From Alphaproteobacteria bacterium UBA7314 (GTDB lineage Bacteria; Pseudomonadota; Alphaproteobacteria; MPNO01; UBA830): DNA of 61,984 bases. Both the position numbers and the translations under genes were made by a program. The stretch covers positions 1 through 61,984 of the forward strand of contig DKQG01000019.1 of assembly GCA_002471575.1 (NCBI GenBank). Reading direction: 5' to 3'. Positions 12,202 through 21,939 of the stretch are shown here, one piece after another; within the stretch, counting starts at the first letter, position 1, and each line of letters starts with the position of its first letter. The notes under the pieces were generated by a model. It saw only the letters and a program-made list of their open reading frames with translations, was not told where the DNA came from and ran no database searches.

Positions 12202-12861
12202 ATGTCACTAATGTCGGATCTATTGGCGAAAGCGCAACTTCATGCCAAGGGAGATGCACTGCATGCGCTTCAGGAGCTCGAAGCTACTGCTCTTAGTGAC
12301 CATATATCGGGAATGAATGACAAATTGCTGGATTACGCCGAACGTTTGAGGCAAGCGGAAGAAAAAGTCGCGTCCGGTGCAGAGATCATGCGCATTAGCG
12401 AATTGCTGACCCTTGCCCAGTTTGGCGCCGGGTCGATCGGTTCCGCCATCGCCGCCATTTACAGGTTGCCGTCCTCCGCCACCGGCTTAGAAGCGCTCTA
12501 CGTTTCAAAGTTCCTGACCGAGCTTGTGGTGAGACGCCGGGAGTACCCGGCGCTGATCCCAGCAGATTTGCTTCGCAAATATGCTGTAGAAAGAGAGGAG
12601 ATCGACAGTGTCTCCGCCCGTCCCGTCCTAGCGGTAATCGTCGAAAGAGCGAGGGAAACAGCGACTCGTGTCTCTATATCAGGTGCGGTTCCGCGCAACG
12701 CGGAATTCGAATCCCTTGTGCTGCTGGAAAGGAAACTGTTGGAAAAACGGTTGAGACGGCTTCTCGCGGATCCTTGCGACGTAACCGAGGTCCGGATTGG
12801 TTTCTGGGACCGGATTATCGCTGCCGTCAGCTTGCACTTGCGCAAAAAGCCCAGTCAGTGA
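12202..12861 (+). CDS. Hypothetical protein, possibly a highly diverged squalene-synthase-like (HpnC/HpnD) protein
   Basis: Helical protein with IPADLLRKY resembling the synthase YLPxDLL segment, directly upstream of hpnE. Confidence 0.45.
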   Translation: MSLMSDLLAKAQLHAKGDALHALQELEATALSDHISGMNDKLLDYAERLRQAEEKVASGAEIMRISELLTLAQFGAGSIGSAIAAIYRLPSSATGLEALYVSKFLTELVVRRREYPALIPADLLRKYAVEREEIDSVSARPVLAVIVERARETATRVSISGAVPRNAEFESLVLLERKLLEKRLRRLLADPCDVTEVRIGFWDRIIAAVSLHLRKKPSQ

Positions 12862-12898
12862 AAAATTCGCGACTCTTCCATCTGCGAGAAGACGGGTA

Positions 12899-14185
12899 AT
12901 GCCCACGATCCATGTCATCGGTGCCGGAGTTTCCGGTTTAGCCTGCGCGACACGCGCGGTGATGTCCGGCGTGGATGTCGCGGTTTACGAAGCCGCCGGA
13001 CATGCCGGCGGACGTGCACGGTCTTTCCACGACGAAAGCCTCGGGTGTATGATCGACAACGGTAATCATCTGCTATTGGGCGCGAATGAAGCGACGCGGG
13101 CCTATCTGGCAGATATCGACGCCCGAGACACGATCCGAGAAATCAGGCCTGCCGCGTTTCCGTTCTTAGATCTTAAGTCCGGGAAACGCTGGCGCGTCAG
13201 GCCCGGCAGAAACTTTCCGCCGACCTGGATTTTTTCGGGAGACCGCCGGGTCCCCAATACGCGACCGATGGAGTATTTCCGACAGATCAACAAACTGCGC
13301 CGTGCTGGAAATCTCGAGACGGTCGCGCAGGCGGTCGGAACGGACTCGGTCCTATACGAGAACCTCTGGCAGCCAATATGCAAGGCGGCGCTGAATACCG
13401 ATGCCGCGGAGGCTTCAGCCTCGCTGATGTGGAGGGTCATCCGGAAAACCTTTCTGCGCGGCGAAGAAGCCTGCCGCCCCTGGCTCTTTTACAAAGGCCT
13501 TGGCGCGGCACTGGTCCGCCCGGCGCAGAAATTTCTGACCGACCAAGGCGCCCAGATCCGGTTCAAGGCTCGGCTTCGCGGCATCCGCTGGTCCGATAAC
13601 CGGGTGACGTCTCTGCATTTCCCGGAGGGTATGCTGCGCGTAGCACGGGAAGATGCGGTCGTACTGGCCCTTTCGCCAGAAGCCTGCAATGCAATATGGC
13701 CGGAAGCGAACGCGCCCACCGAGGCGCAGACGATTGTCAATGCCCATTTCCGTCTCGACACCCCTTCAAGCCTGCCTTGGGACATGCCATTTCTCGGCCT
13801 TGTGAACGCCGAGACACACTGGATATTTGTGCGCGACAACATCGTTTCGCTCACGATCAGCGCAGGCAACAATCACGCGGACAGCCCTAACTGGGAAATT
13901 GCCAACAAACTTTGGTCCGAGGCAGGCGCGGTTCTGGGCCCTACCGCGACTCGCCTGCCCGCGTGGCGCATTATCAAAGAGCGCCGGGCAACGTTCGCTC
14001 AGATCCCATCCCAGGTTAACGCCCGACCGGGCACGGCGACTAGGATCAGAAACCTTTTCCTCGCCGGCGACTGGACTGATACCGGCGTTCCGGCGACTGT
14101 TGAAGGCAGCGTTTTGTCGGGCTTTAGTGCCGCCAGCATGGCGACGGTGGCGGTTCAGACCGCGATCTCGGAAAACGCTGAGTGA
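12899..14185 (+). CDS. hpnE: Hydroxysqualene dehydroxylase HpnE (FAD-dependent)
   Basis: HVIGAGVSGL, GGRARSF, DNGNHLLLGAN, KERRATF and LAGDWTDTGVPATVEGSVLSG motifs. Confidence 0.88.
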   Translation: MPTIHVIGAGVSGLACATRAVMSGVDVAVYEAAGHAGGRARSFHDESLGCMIDNGNHLLLGANEATRAYLADIDARDTIREIRPAAFPFLDLKSGKRWRVRPGRNFPPTWIFSGDRRVPNTRPMEYFRQINKLRRAGNLETVAQAVGTDSVLYENLWQPICKAALNTDAAEASASLMWRVIRKTFLRGEEACRPWLFYKGLGAALVRPAQKFLTDQGAQIRFKARLRGIRWSDNRVTSLHFPEGMLRVAREDAVVLALSPEACNAIWPEANAPTEAQTIVNAHFRLDTPSSLPWDMPFLGLVNAETHWIFVRDNIVSLTISAGNNHADSPNWEIANKLWSEAGAVLGPTATRLPAWRIIKERRATFAQIPSQVNARPGTATRIRNLFLAGDWTDTGVPATVEGSVLSGFSAASMATVAVQTAISENAE

Positions 14186-14378
14186 GCGGATCACGATTCG
14201 GCTCTCAGCGTGAGAACAGTCCATAAGCGACCTTAAAAATCAATAACCTGTTGTTTTTATTGTATTAATCCGGACTGAGGGCGCATCGTTACGGAGCGTG
14301 ATGCATTTTGCATGCGCGTTGAACCGAGGATTCATACCCGTTAGCATCGAAATGGTACGAAAACTGAGGGATTTGACG

Positions 14379-14984
14379 ATGGCTAAAATACTATCTGATC
14401 TGACAAGTACGATTATTGCCGGCATCGTCCTGGCGGTCGTGCTTGTTATTATACTCGTGGGCTGGCACGACGCCGGTCTCGAGCTCGACAAGGCTTGGTG
14501 GGCTTTCATCTTCCGCTGGCTGCATGTTCTCAGCGGCGTGATGTGGATCGGTATCCTCTGGTACTTTAACTTCGTCCAGATACCCAACATGGGTAACATT
14601 CCGGACGAGCAGAAACCGGCGATCACCGGCGTGATTGCGCCGGCGGCCCTGTTCTGGTTCCGCTGGGGTGCCATGTCCACGCTCATCACCGGCCTAATCC
14701 TTGCCTGGCTTAACGGCTATCTTGCGGATGCGATTGCCATTGGCCTGACCGATGGGGTGCCGAAACACACCGCGATAGGGATCGGTATGTGGCTGGGCAC
14801 GATCATGTGGTTCAACGTCTGGTTCATCATCTGGCCGAACCAGAAGAAGGCATTAGGCATCGTGCAGGTGGAAGCCGACGAGAAAGCGAAAGCGGGGCGT
14901 ACCGCGATGCTGTTCTCGAGAACTAACACAATGCTCTCCATCCCGATGCTTTATGCGATGGTCGCAGCCCAAAACCTGTTCTGA
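14379..14984 (+). CDS. Urate oxidase N-terminal (PuuD-like) membrane protein without a cytochrome c domain
   Basis: RWLHVLSGVMWIG, WFRW, NVWFIIWPNQKK and SRTNTMLSIP motifs. Confidence 0.8.
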   Translation: MAKILSDLTSTIIAGIVLAVVLVIILVGWHDAGLELDKAWWAFIFRWLHVLSGVMWIGILWYFNFVQIPNMGNIPDEQKPAITGVIAPAALFWFRWGAMSTLITGLILAWLNGYLADAIAIGLTDGVPKHTAIGIGMWLGTIMWFNVWFIIWPNQKKALGIVQVEADEKAKAGRTAMLFSRTNTMLSIPMLYAMVAAQNLF

Positions 14985-15004
14985 TCTATACTTCAGAACG
15001 CATC

Positions 15005-15038
15005 GAAGGGGGCCCCAGGGCCCCCTTCTTTTTTGTTT
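15005..15038 (+). terminator. Rho-independent terminator
   Basis: GAAGGGGGCCC-CA-GGGCCCCCTTC followed by TTTTTTGTTT, between convergent genes. Confidence 0.85.
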
Positions 15039-15049
15039 CCCGTACGAGA

Positions 15050-15430
15050 CTATTCCACCGCGATCAGGGCTGCGGACACGGCTCGGTCTTCTGCCAGCAA
15101 TACGTTGAACGTCCGGCAGGCGGCGCCGGTATCCATCCATTCCGGCACAATACCTATTTCTTTCAGGTAGTCGCGAATGTCGGCGCGCGGCATTCCCATC
15201 TGCGCACCGCAACCGATAAGCAGAATTTCGACGTCATTGGCGGCATCGGCCAGAGCGGCGAGAGAAGCCGCAGTAATGTCATCATAGGCTGCGATATCCC
15301 ACGAGATCGTCATTTCGGGAAAAATAATCACCGACCCGTGACAGATTTCGCCCGCGATGCGGAATTTGTGGGCGCCATATCCCTGTATCAATTGCCGGCC
15401 TGAAGGCGCGGCCGCTGTAATGTCGCTCAT
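15050..15430 (-). CDS. Mth938-like domain protein (NDUFAF3 homolog)
   Basis: EILLIGCG and MDTGAACRTFNVLLAEDRAVSAAL motifs; overlaps the secF stop. Confidence 0.9.
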   Translation of the reverse strand: MSDITAAAPSGRQLIQGYGAHKFRIAGEICHGSVIIFPEMTISWDIAAYDDITAASLAALADAANDVEILLIGCGAQMGMPRADIRDYLKEIGIVPEWMDTGAACRTFNVLLAEDRAVSAALIAVE

Positions 15431-16380
15431 CCCTGGTCGGCGGGGTTGCCGGTCGGTGCGTCTTCGGTCTCTTCGCCGACGATAAGGCCGGTACGTCGCA
15501 GGTTCATGTAGACCAGCAACGGGACGGCAATGAAGATGGATGAATAGGTGCCGACGACGACGCCCCAGATCATCGCAAAGCTAAAGCCCTTGATTACCTC
15601 ACCGCCGAAGAAGTAAAGCGCCCCAAGCGCGATCAGCGTGGTGACACTCGTCAGCAATGTCCGTGACAGTGTGCCGTTGATAGACAGGTTCAGCAGGTCA
15701 TTCAGCGACATCTGCTTGAATTTGCGAAGGTTTTCGCGGACCCGGTCGTAGACCACTACGGTATCGTTGATCGAATACCCCGCGATGGTCAAGATTGCCG
15801 CCACGGTCGATAGGTTGAATTCCAGCCCCAATAACGCAAACACGCCGATCGTGAGCGCGACGTCATGCAGCAACGCAGCGACGGCACCCACCCCGAACTG
15901 CCATTCGAATCGGAACCAGATGTAGACGAGCATCGCCGCCATCGCGAGAAGGACGGCGGTCACGCCGGCCTCGATCAGCTCTCCGCCGACCTTGGGGCCA
16001 ACGAATTCCGTGCGGCGATAATTCACCTCGTCTCCAAGCGCCGCCTTCGCCTTGTTGATAGCGGCCTGCTGACCCTTTTCGCCACCGGCTTGCCGCTCGA
16101 TACGGATCAGGACATCGGTCGGCTGGCCAAACTCCTGAAGTTGAACCTCACCAAGAGCCAGGCCGTTCAGCGTGCTGCGGAGTCTCGATATGTCTGCCGG
16201 TCCCTGCGTGCGAACTTCCATAAGAATTCCGCCGCGGAAATCGATGCCGAAGTTTAAACCCTTTGTAAAGAACAGTCCGGCAGAACAGGCGATTAGGACA
16301 AGTGATAGGACCGCGGCAACTTTGCGAAACCGCATGAAGTCGATCTTCGTGCCGACGGGAACAAGATTGATAAGGCGCAT
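15427..16380 (-). CDS. secF: Protein translocase subunit SecF
   Basis: GIDFRGG, VGPKVG and GYSINDTVVVYDRVRE motifs. Confidence 0.97.
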   Translation of the reverse strand: MRLINLVPVGTKIDFMRFRKVAAVLSLVLIACSAGLFFTKGLNFGIDFRGGILMEVRTQGPADISRLRSTLNGLALGEVQLQEFGQPTDVLIRIERQAGGEKGQQAAINKAKAALGDEVNYRRTEFVGPKVGGELIEAGVTAVLLAMAAMLVYIWFRFEWQFGVGAVAALLHDVALTIGVFALLGLEFNLSTVAAILTIAGYSINDTVVVYDRVRENLRKFKQMSLNDLLNLSINGTLSRTLLTSVTTLIALGALYFFGGEVIKGFSFAMIWGVVVGTYSSIFIAVPLLVYMNLRRTGLIVGEETEDAPTGNPADQG

Positions 16381-16392
16381 CTTCTTTTTCCC

Positions 16393-17994
16393 TTACAACG
16401 GGAGCTTCTTGGGCCGCTTGCGGTGCAGCCATGTGACCACCATCAGGCGGGTGACCATGATCGCGGTGAACATCGAGGTTAGCAGGCCGATCGCCAGTGT
16501 TACGGCGAAGCCCTTGATCGGTCCGGATCCGAACTGGAATAGCAGGATGGCGGCGATCAGCGTTGTGATATTCGCATCGATAATTGTCGTCAGAGCGCGT
16601 TGATAACCGGAATCGACCGCCGATATCGGTGTTCGTCCGTTACGTTCCTCTTCGCGGATACGCTCGAAGATCAGGACATTGGCATCGACCGCCATACCGA
16701 TCGTTAGCACGATCCCGGCGATTCCGGGCAAGGTCAGGGTTGCCTGCAGCATGGACAGCACAGCCGCAATCAATACGATATTCAGCGCTAAGGCGACATC
16801 CGCCATCAGCCCGAACATGCCGTAGGCCGCAGCCATGAAAACAATCACTAGAACGATCGACAGTACACTAGCAAATTTGCCGGCCGCGATGGCGTCGGCG
16901 CCCATTTCCGCCCCCACCGTGCGTTCCTCCAGTACCGTCAGCGGCGCCGGCAATGCCCCCGCCCGCAACAGCAATGCGAGATCCTGTGCCGACTGGATAT
17001 TGAAGTTACCGGAAATAATCCCGTTGCCACCTAGAATGGGTTCGCGAATGACCGGGGCACTGATAACTTCCTTGTCGAGGACGATGGCAAACGGCTGGCC
17101 GACGTTTTCCCGCGTTACGTCGCCGAAGCGCCTCGCACCGACGGCATTGAAACGGAACGACACTACGGCCTGACCATCCTGGAAGGTGGCCTGCGCATCG
17201 ACCAGGTCCTCGCCATCAACCACTGCGCGCCTTTTAACCAGGTACATGATGGCATTGTTGTTACTGTCCCGCTCGTCGATCGATGGTAGGCACATTGTCC
17301 CGGCCGGGCGGCGGCGACCGGGTCCGCAGGACTGAGCCGCGGAATTGTCGCGATCGAGCAGGTGAAAGGTCATCTTCGCTGTGGTGCCGATCAGTTCTTT
17401 CAAACGTTCCGGCTCGCTCAAGCCGGGAACTTGAACCAGGATGCGTTCGGCACCCTGACGCTGAATGGTCGGCTCGCGTGTGCCAAGTTCGTCGATGCGG
17501 CGACGAACGATTTCAATCGACTGGTCGATCGCGGAGGTCAGGATTTCCCGACGGCCAGTTTCGGTATTGCAGACCGTGTAGGATAGACCGTCCGTCGATA
17601 CTTCGTAGAGTGGATCGAAAGAGTTGGGCTCAATGTTACGGAGTATTTCGAGGGCGCGTTTATCATCCTCATCGCGACGGAGATCGAAGCCAACGCATTC
17701 GCTGCGGGCGCCCAGACGCCGGTAACCAATACGTGGCGATCCCCTGCGAAAGCCGTCGCGGATAGAATCGACCAGAGCTTCGCGCCGTTGTGCCAGAACC
17801 GACGCCACGTCGACTTCCAGCAATAGGTGGGAACCGCCCTGCAGATCGAGGCCGAGATTCATCTGCTGGTTCGGCAGCCAGTTCGGCAGTGCGGCGGTGT
17901 CTTCCTCGCTCAGGGCATTGGGAAACGCGAACAGGAAACCCGACACTGCCACGATGGCGACCAGAACCATTTTCCATTTGGCAAAATAGACCAT
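16393..17994 (-). CDS. secD: Protein translocase subunit SecD
   Basis: LGLDLQGG, LRAGALPA and GMAVDANVLIFERIREE motifs. Confidence 0.97.
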   Translation of the reverse strand: MVYFAKWKMVLVAIVAVSGFLFAFPNALSEEDTAALPNWLPNQQMNLGLDLQGGSHLLLEVDVASVLAQRREALVDSIRDGFRRGSPRIGYRRLGARSECVGFDLRRDEDDKRALEILRNIEPNSFDPLYEVSTDGLSYTVCNTETGRREILTSAIDQSIEIVRRRIDELGTREPTIQRQGAERILVQVPGLSEPERLKELIGTTAKMTFHLLDRDNSAAQSCGPGRRRPAGTMCLPSIDERDSNNNAIMYLVKRRAVVDGEDLVDAQATFQDGQAVVSFRFNAVGARRFGDVTRENVGQPFAIVLDKEVISAPVIREPILGGNGIISGNFNIQSAQDLALLLRAGALPAPLTVLEERTVGAEMGADAIAAGKFASVLSIVLVIVFMAAAYGMFGLMADVALALNIVLIAAVLSMLQATLTLPGIAGIVLTIGMAVDANVLIFERIREEERNGRTPISAVDSGYQRALTTIIDANITTLIAAILLFQFGSGPIKGFAVTLAIGLLTSMFTAIMVTRLMVVTWLHRKRPKKLPL

Positions 17995-18038
17995 TTAGGG
18001 CGTGCTCTGTCGTTTAGGCTGGGACGGGTGCGGCAGAA

Positions 18039-18467
18039 TTAGTCTTTCTTATCTTCTTCGATATCGGCGTTTTCATCCTCATCGTAATCATCTTCCGCCT
18101 CGTCGTGGTCCTGCTCATCCTCGATCTGGTCCTTTTTGGACTTAGCCGGCGCCGGCTCGGATTTGCTCAGGCTTTCGGCGATCATGCCACGTAGAACACG
18201 GACTTTAACCCCGTCCGCGACCTCGATGATCAGCTCGGTTTCGTTGGGTACACGCGTAATTGTGCCCATGAGGCCGCCATTTGTCACAATGCGATCGCCG
18301 CGGCGTAGATTGCCCAGCATTTCGCGATGCACTTTTGCCTTTTTCTGCTGCGGCCGGATCAGAAGGAAATAAAAGACGACAAAAATGAGAACGAGGGGAA
18401 GGAGCTGTTCCATTCCGCCCAGTCCACTACCGCCGGCGCCCTGCGCCCATGCCGGTGAAACAAACAT
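18039..18467 (-). CDS. yajC: Preprotein translocase subunit YajC
   Basis: FYFLLIRPQQKK and GDRIVTNGG motifs; acidic tail. Confidence 0.96.
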   Translation of the reverse strand: MFVSPAWAQGAGGSGLGGMEQLLPLVLIFVVFYFLLIRPQQKKAKVHREMLGNLRRGDRIVTNGGLMGTITRVPNETELIIEVADGVKVRVLRGMIAESLSKSEPAPAKSKKDQIEDEQDHDEAEDDYDEDENADIEEDKKD

Positions 18468-18612
18468 GCTTTTCTCCGCATTGAGTGAAAGTTTGCGGAA
18501 TATAGCGGTCCGCCGACAGCATGCAACATATTCCCATACACCAGCGCCCTGTGTTTGACCCGGGGTTCCCTTGTGATAGGGTCCGCGCCGATTTCAACCG
18601 GCCCGGAACGAA

Positions 18613-19470
18613 ATGACGGACACCGAAACCAGAGACCTATTGATGCGCATAGCCGATGCGCTGGACCGTCTTGCGCCAGCCCCGGCGACGACGGAGGTCC
18701 CGGATGAAGCAGACGCCTTCATCTGGCATGCGGAAGACAGCCGATTAGAGCCGGTCGAGGAGATCAACTGTATTGACATCGAACAGTTGATCGGTGTCGA
18801 GAGGTCCAGGGAGACGCTGCTGGCTAACACCAGACGTTTTGCAGAGGGTTTTCCGGCCAATAACGCCCTCTTGTGGGGTGCGCGCGGCATGGGCAAAAGT
18901 TCGCTGGTCAAGGCAGTGCACAGGGCCGTCTTGGTCGAGACGTCCGGTGCTCTGGTGCTGGTCGAAATCCATCGCGAAGATCTAGCCTCACTGCCCCGAC
19001 TGCTCGCAGTCCTGCGTCACAGCGAGAGAAAGTTCATCCTATTTTGCGACGACCTGTCGTTCGACGGCGATGACACCATGTACAAATCCCTGAAGGCTAC
19101 GCTCGAAGGCGGGATCGAAGGCCGGCCGAAGAACGTGGTGTTCTACGCAACGTCCAACCGGCGTCACCTGATGCCCAGAGACATGATCGAAAACGAAAGC
19201 TCCACCGGCATCAATCCGGGTGAAGCAGTCGAGGAAAAGGTATCGCTCTCCGACCGGTTCGGGCTCTGGCTGGGTTTTCACGACTGCGACCAGAAAACGT
19301 TTTTCGAGATACTGGAGGGCTATGTGGCGCGGTACGGCCTGGAAATCGATAGAGACATCCTGCAGGCCGAGGCGATCGAGTGGTCCATGACGCGGGGTGC
19401 GAGGTCTGGACGCGTGGCCTGGCAGTATATCCAGGACCTCGCCGGGCGGCAGAAAAAGCTTCTCGACTAA
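18613..19470 (+). CDS. DUF815-family AAA+ ATPase
   Basis: NNALLWGARGMGKSS, FCDDLSF, YATSNRRHL and SLSDRFGL motifs. Confidence 0.9.
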   Translation: MTDTETRDLLMRIADALDRLAPAPATTEVPDEADAFIWHAEDSRLEPVEEINCIDIEQLIGVERSRETLLANTRRFAEGFPANNALLWGARGMGKSSLVKAVHRAVLVETSGALVLVEIHREDLASLPRLLAVLRHSERKFILFCDDLSFDGDDTMYKSLKATLEGGIEGRPKNVVFYATSNRRHLMPRDMIENESSTGINPGEAVEEKVSLSDRFGLWLGFHDCDQKTFFEILEGYVARYGLEIDRDILQAEAIEWSMTRGARSGRVAWQYIQDLAGRQKKLLD

Positions 19471-20525
19471 TTCCGCATGGCGGCGGTCTTCCGCCCGAGA
19501 AACCGTTCCGGGTCGACTGCCCGATTGCCGCGGCGCAGTTCGAAATGAAGCTGTGGTTTGTCGACGCTGCCCGTACGGCCCACTTTCGAAACGATCTGCC
19601 CTCGTCTGACCTTCTGTCCGGCGCGAACAAGGAGTTCGGAATTGTGGGCGTAGGCTGAGATCCAGTTACCCGAGTGCTTGATCAGAAGCAGATTGCCGAA
19701 CCCCCGCAGCTCATTTCCCGCATAGGCGACGACGCCCGTTTGCGTGGCTCGGACCGGCGTGCCTTTTTGGGCCAATATATTGATGCCATCGTTCTGAAGA
19801 CCTTTGCCGATGGTTCCGAACCGAGACAGCACTCGGCCGTTGACCGGCCAGAGGAACCCTCCACTGCTTCGCGGTGGCGGCTTGATGCTCGGCCGGGCAA
19901 CCCGCGTGCGCCGAAAGGTTTTGGGTTCCTGCGACAACACCTGTTTCCGCCTCATTTGCGTTGACGATTTCGCGGCATTACGCGATCCGGCGGCTTTGCT
20001 CGTCGATACCGTTCTCGGCGCTGTTGATGCCTCACGCGCCGAGCTTCCAGGGAGGGCGATCTTTTGCCCGGGGTAAAGGCGGTAAGGCGGAGAAATCCTG
20101 TTGAGCCGAACCAGTGTTCCCGGTTCGGTATTGTATCGGTTGGCGACTTGATAGACGGTTTCGCCCCTCCGGACGACGTGGACGTCGGACGACGGCAGGC
20201 TAAGTTTCTGCCCGGGAAAGATAGTGTACGGAGGTTTCAGGTCGTTTGCGTCGATCAGGTTGCGGAGCCCGATGTTGTAACGACGGGCAATCTTGTAGAG
20301 CGCGTCGCCACGCTGCACGGTAATGGTCTGCCCCGCCACGGCACTGATTGTCGATCCCGGCGGAACCGTTTCACCATTGCCGCCATGAACGACCGGCGCC
20401 AGGCCGACCCTCTGTCCGCATGCCGACAGGAACAGTCCTATCAAAAGCCACAGGGCGAATTTCGCTTTTCCGGACATCGGGTTTCCCATCGCCGTCAAAC
20501 TAAATTCGGCATAACGGAACTTCAA
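19467..20525 (-). CDS. nlpD: LysM/M23 peptidase lipoprotein (NlpD-like)
   Basis: Lipobox LSAC, two LysM repeats and a C-terminal M23 domain (NDGINI, SAYAH, QLHFE). True start may be 20477. Confidence 0.88.
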   Translation of the reverse strand: MKFRYAEFSLTAMGNPMSGKAKFALWLLIGLFLSACGQRVGLAPVVHGGNGETVPPGSTISAVAGQTITVQRGDALYKIARRYNIGLRNLIDANDLKPPYTIFPGQKLSLPSSDVHVVRRGETVYQVANRYNTEPGTLVRLNRISPPYRLYPGQKIALPGSSAREASTAPRTVSTSKAAGSRNAAKSSTQMRRKQVLSQEPKTFRRTRVARPSIKPPPRSSGGFLWPVNGRVLSRFGTIGKGLQNDGINILAQKGTPVRATQTGVVAYAGNELRGFGNLLLIKHSGNWISAYAHNSELLVRAGQKVRRGQIVSKVGRTGSVDKPQLHFELRRGNRAVDPERFLGRKTAAMRN

Positions 20526-21175
20526 CCAGAAGATTCCGAGGCATCATCCCCGACAAGCGGAACGAACCGGACCGGCCACATCCTCTCAGTCTGGATTTCA
20601 CGCGCTTCGTCGAAGGTGAATTTATAGAGATGCTGATCCCGTGCGGTATCTCCCATAGGCGCAATCATAATGCCGTCGGGGGCAAGCTGATCGATGAGGG
20701 TTCGCGGGATTTCCCGGGTTGCTGCGGCCGTGACGATAATCCGGTCAAACGGCGCCTGTTCCGGCCATCCCAAAGTCCCGTCGCCCGCCTTTGCGGTGAT
20801 ATTGTTTATGCGGAGTTCCCGAAATTTCTCTTCCGCGGTGCTCAGCAGCTCCTTGTGACGCTCGATCGAATAAAGTCGGCGACAGAGTTTTGCGAGTATT
20901 GCCGCCTGGTATCCAGATCCCGTCCCGATTTCGAGCACCCTCATGCGTGGGCCGACGTCCAGCCCCTGGGTCATGAACGCCACGACCGCCGGCTGGCTAA
21001 TGGTTTGACCACTGCCTATGGGTAACGCCATGTTTTCGTATGCCTGATCCTGGAAGGTTTCAGGCACAAAAGCTTCACGGGGAACGCGCTCAATCGCGCC
21101 CAGAACGTCCGACTGAGTGATCCCTTGTTTTCGAAGCTCCATGATGAGCCGGATACGGTTCGCTTCCAGGGTCAT
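20522..21175 (-). CDS. pcm: Protein-L-isoaspartate O-methyltransferase
   Basis: GQTISQP, VLEIGTGSGYQAA and GWPEQAPFDRI motifs; surE-pcm-nlpD synteny. Confidence 0.95.
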   Translation of the reverse strand: MTLEANRIRLIMELRKQGITQSDVLGAIERVPREAFVPETFQDQAYENMALPIGSGQTISQPAVVAFMTQGLDVGPRMRVLEIGTGSGYQAAILAKLCRRLYSIERHKELLSTAEEKFRELRINNITAKAGDGTLGWPEQAPFDRIIVTAAATREIPRTLIDQLAPDGIMIAPMGDTARDQHLYKFTFDEAREIQTERMWPVRFVPLVGDDASESSG

Positions 21176-21939
21176 TCGAAAACCGCTCGCAGCGATGTCA
21201 GGGTGCGACGATGCGTCAGGTCGAGGCAGAGTGGCGTGATGGAAATTCGTCCCTCGCTCACGGCTTTCAGGTCTGATCCCTCGAATGACGGATCTTCGTT
21301 GCGTTCAGTGCCGATCCACACGTAGTCGTAACCCCGGGAATCGCGGCCAGTGGTGACTTTATTCCCGATCTTGCGCCGCCCCTGAACCGTGATCTCGGTC
21401 TTTCCCACCTGCGCGGCTGGAAGATCGGGGAAATTAACGTTCATCAGCACATTGTGCGGCCATTTTTCGTGCAGCAGCTTGCGAATGATCGTCGGACCAT
21501 GATGTTCCGACGCCGCCCAGCGGACGTTTTCTCCGTACACACGGACTTGGCTGAGAGCGATTGCCGGGATACCTAGCAGCGCGCCTTCCATGGCCGCCGC
21601 GACGGTGCCCGAATAGGTAATATCTTCACCCAGATTGCCGCCGGCATTGACGCCGGAAAGAACCAGGTCCGGCGGTTTGCCGGGAATGATGTGCTGAACT
21701 GCTAGCAGGACGCAGTCCGTGGGGGTGCCGTTTACTGCGAACTTTCGGGCGCCGATTTTCCGGACACGCAGCGGCAAGGTTAGCGTCAACGAATGGCCGG
21801 ATGCGCTTTGCTCGCTCTCCGGCGCGACGACCCAGACGTCGTCAGACAGCGATTTGGCAATTCGTTCAAGAACCCTCAGTCCCGACGCATTAATCCCATC
21901 ATCGTTGGAAACCAGAACCCGGGCGCTGCGAAGCCGCAT
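21172..21939 (-). CDS. surE: 5'/3'-nucleotidase SurE
   Basis: SNDDGI, GTPTDCV, SGVN and YSGTVAAA motifs. Confidence 0.96.
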   Translation of the reverse strand: MRLRSARVLVSNDDGINASGLRVLERIAKSLSDDVWVVAPESEQSASGHSLTLTLPLRVRKIGARKFAVNGTPTDCVLLAVQHIIPGKPPDLVLSGVNAGGNLGEDITYSGTVAAAMEGALLGIPAIALSQVRVYGENVRWAASEHHGPTIIRKLLHEKWPHNVLMNVNFPDLPAAQVGKTEITVQGRRKIGNKVTTGRDSRGYDYVWIGTERNEDPSFEGSDLKAVSEGRISITPLCLDLTHRRTLTSLRAVFE

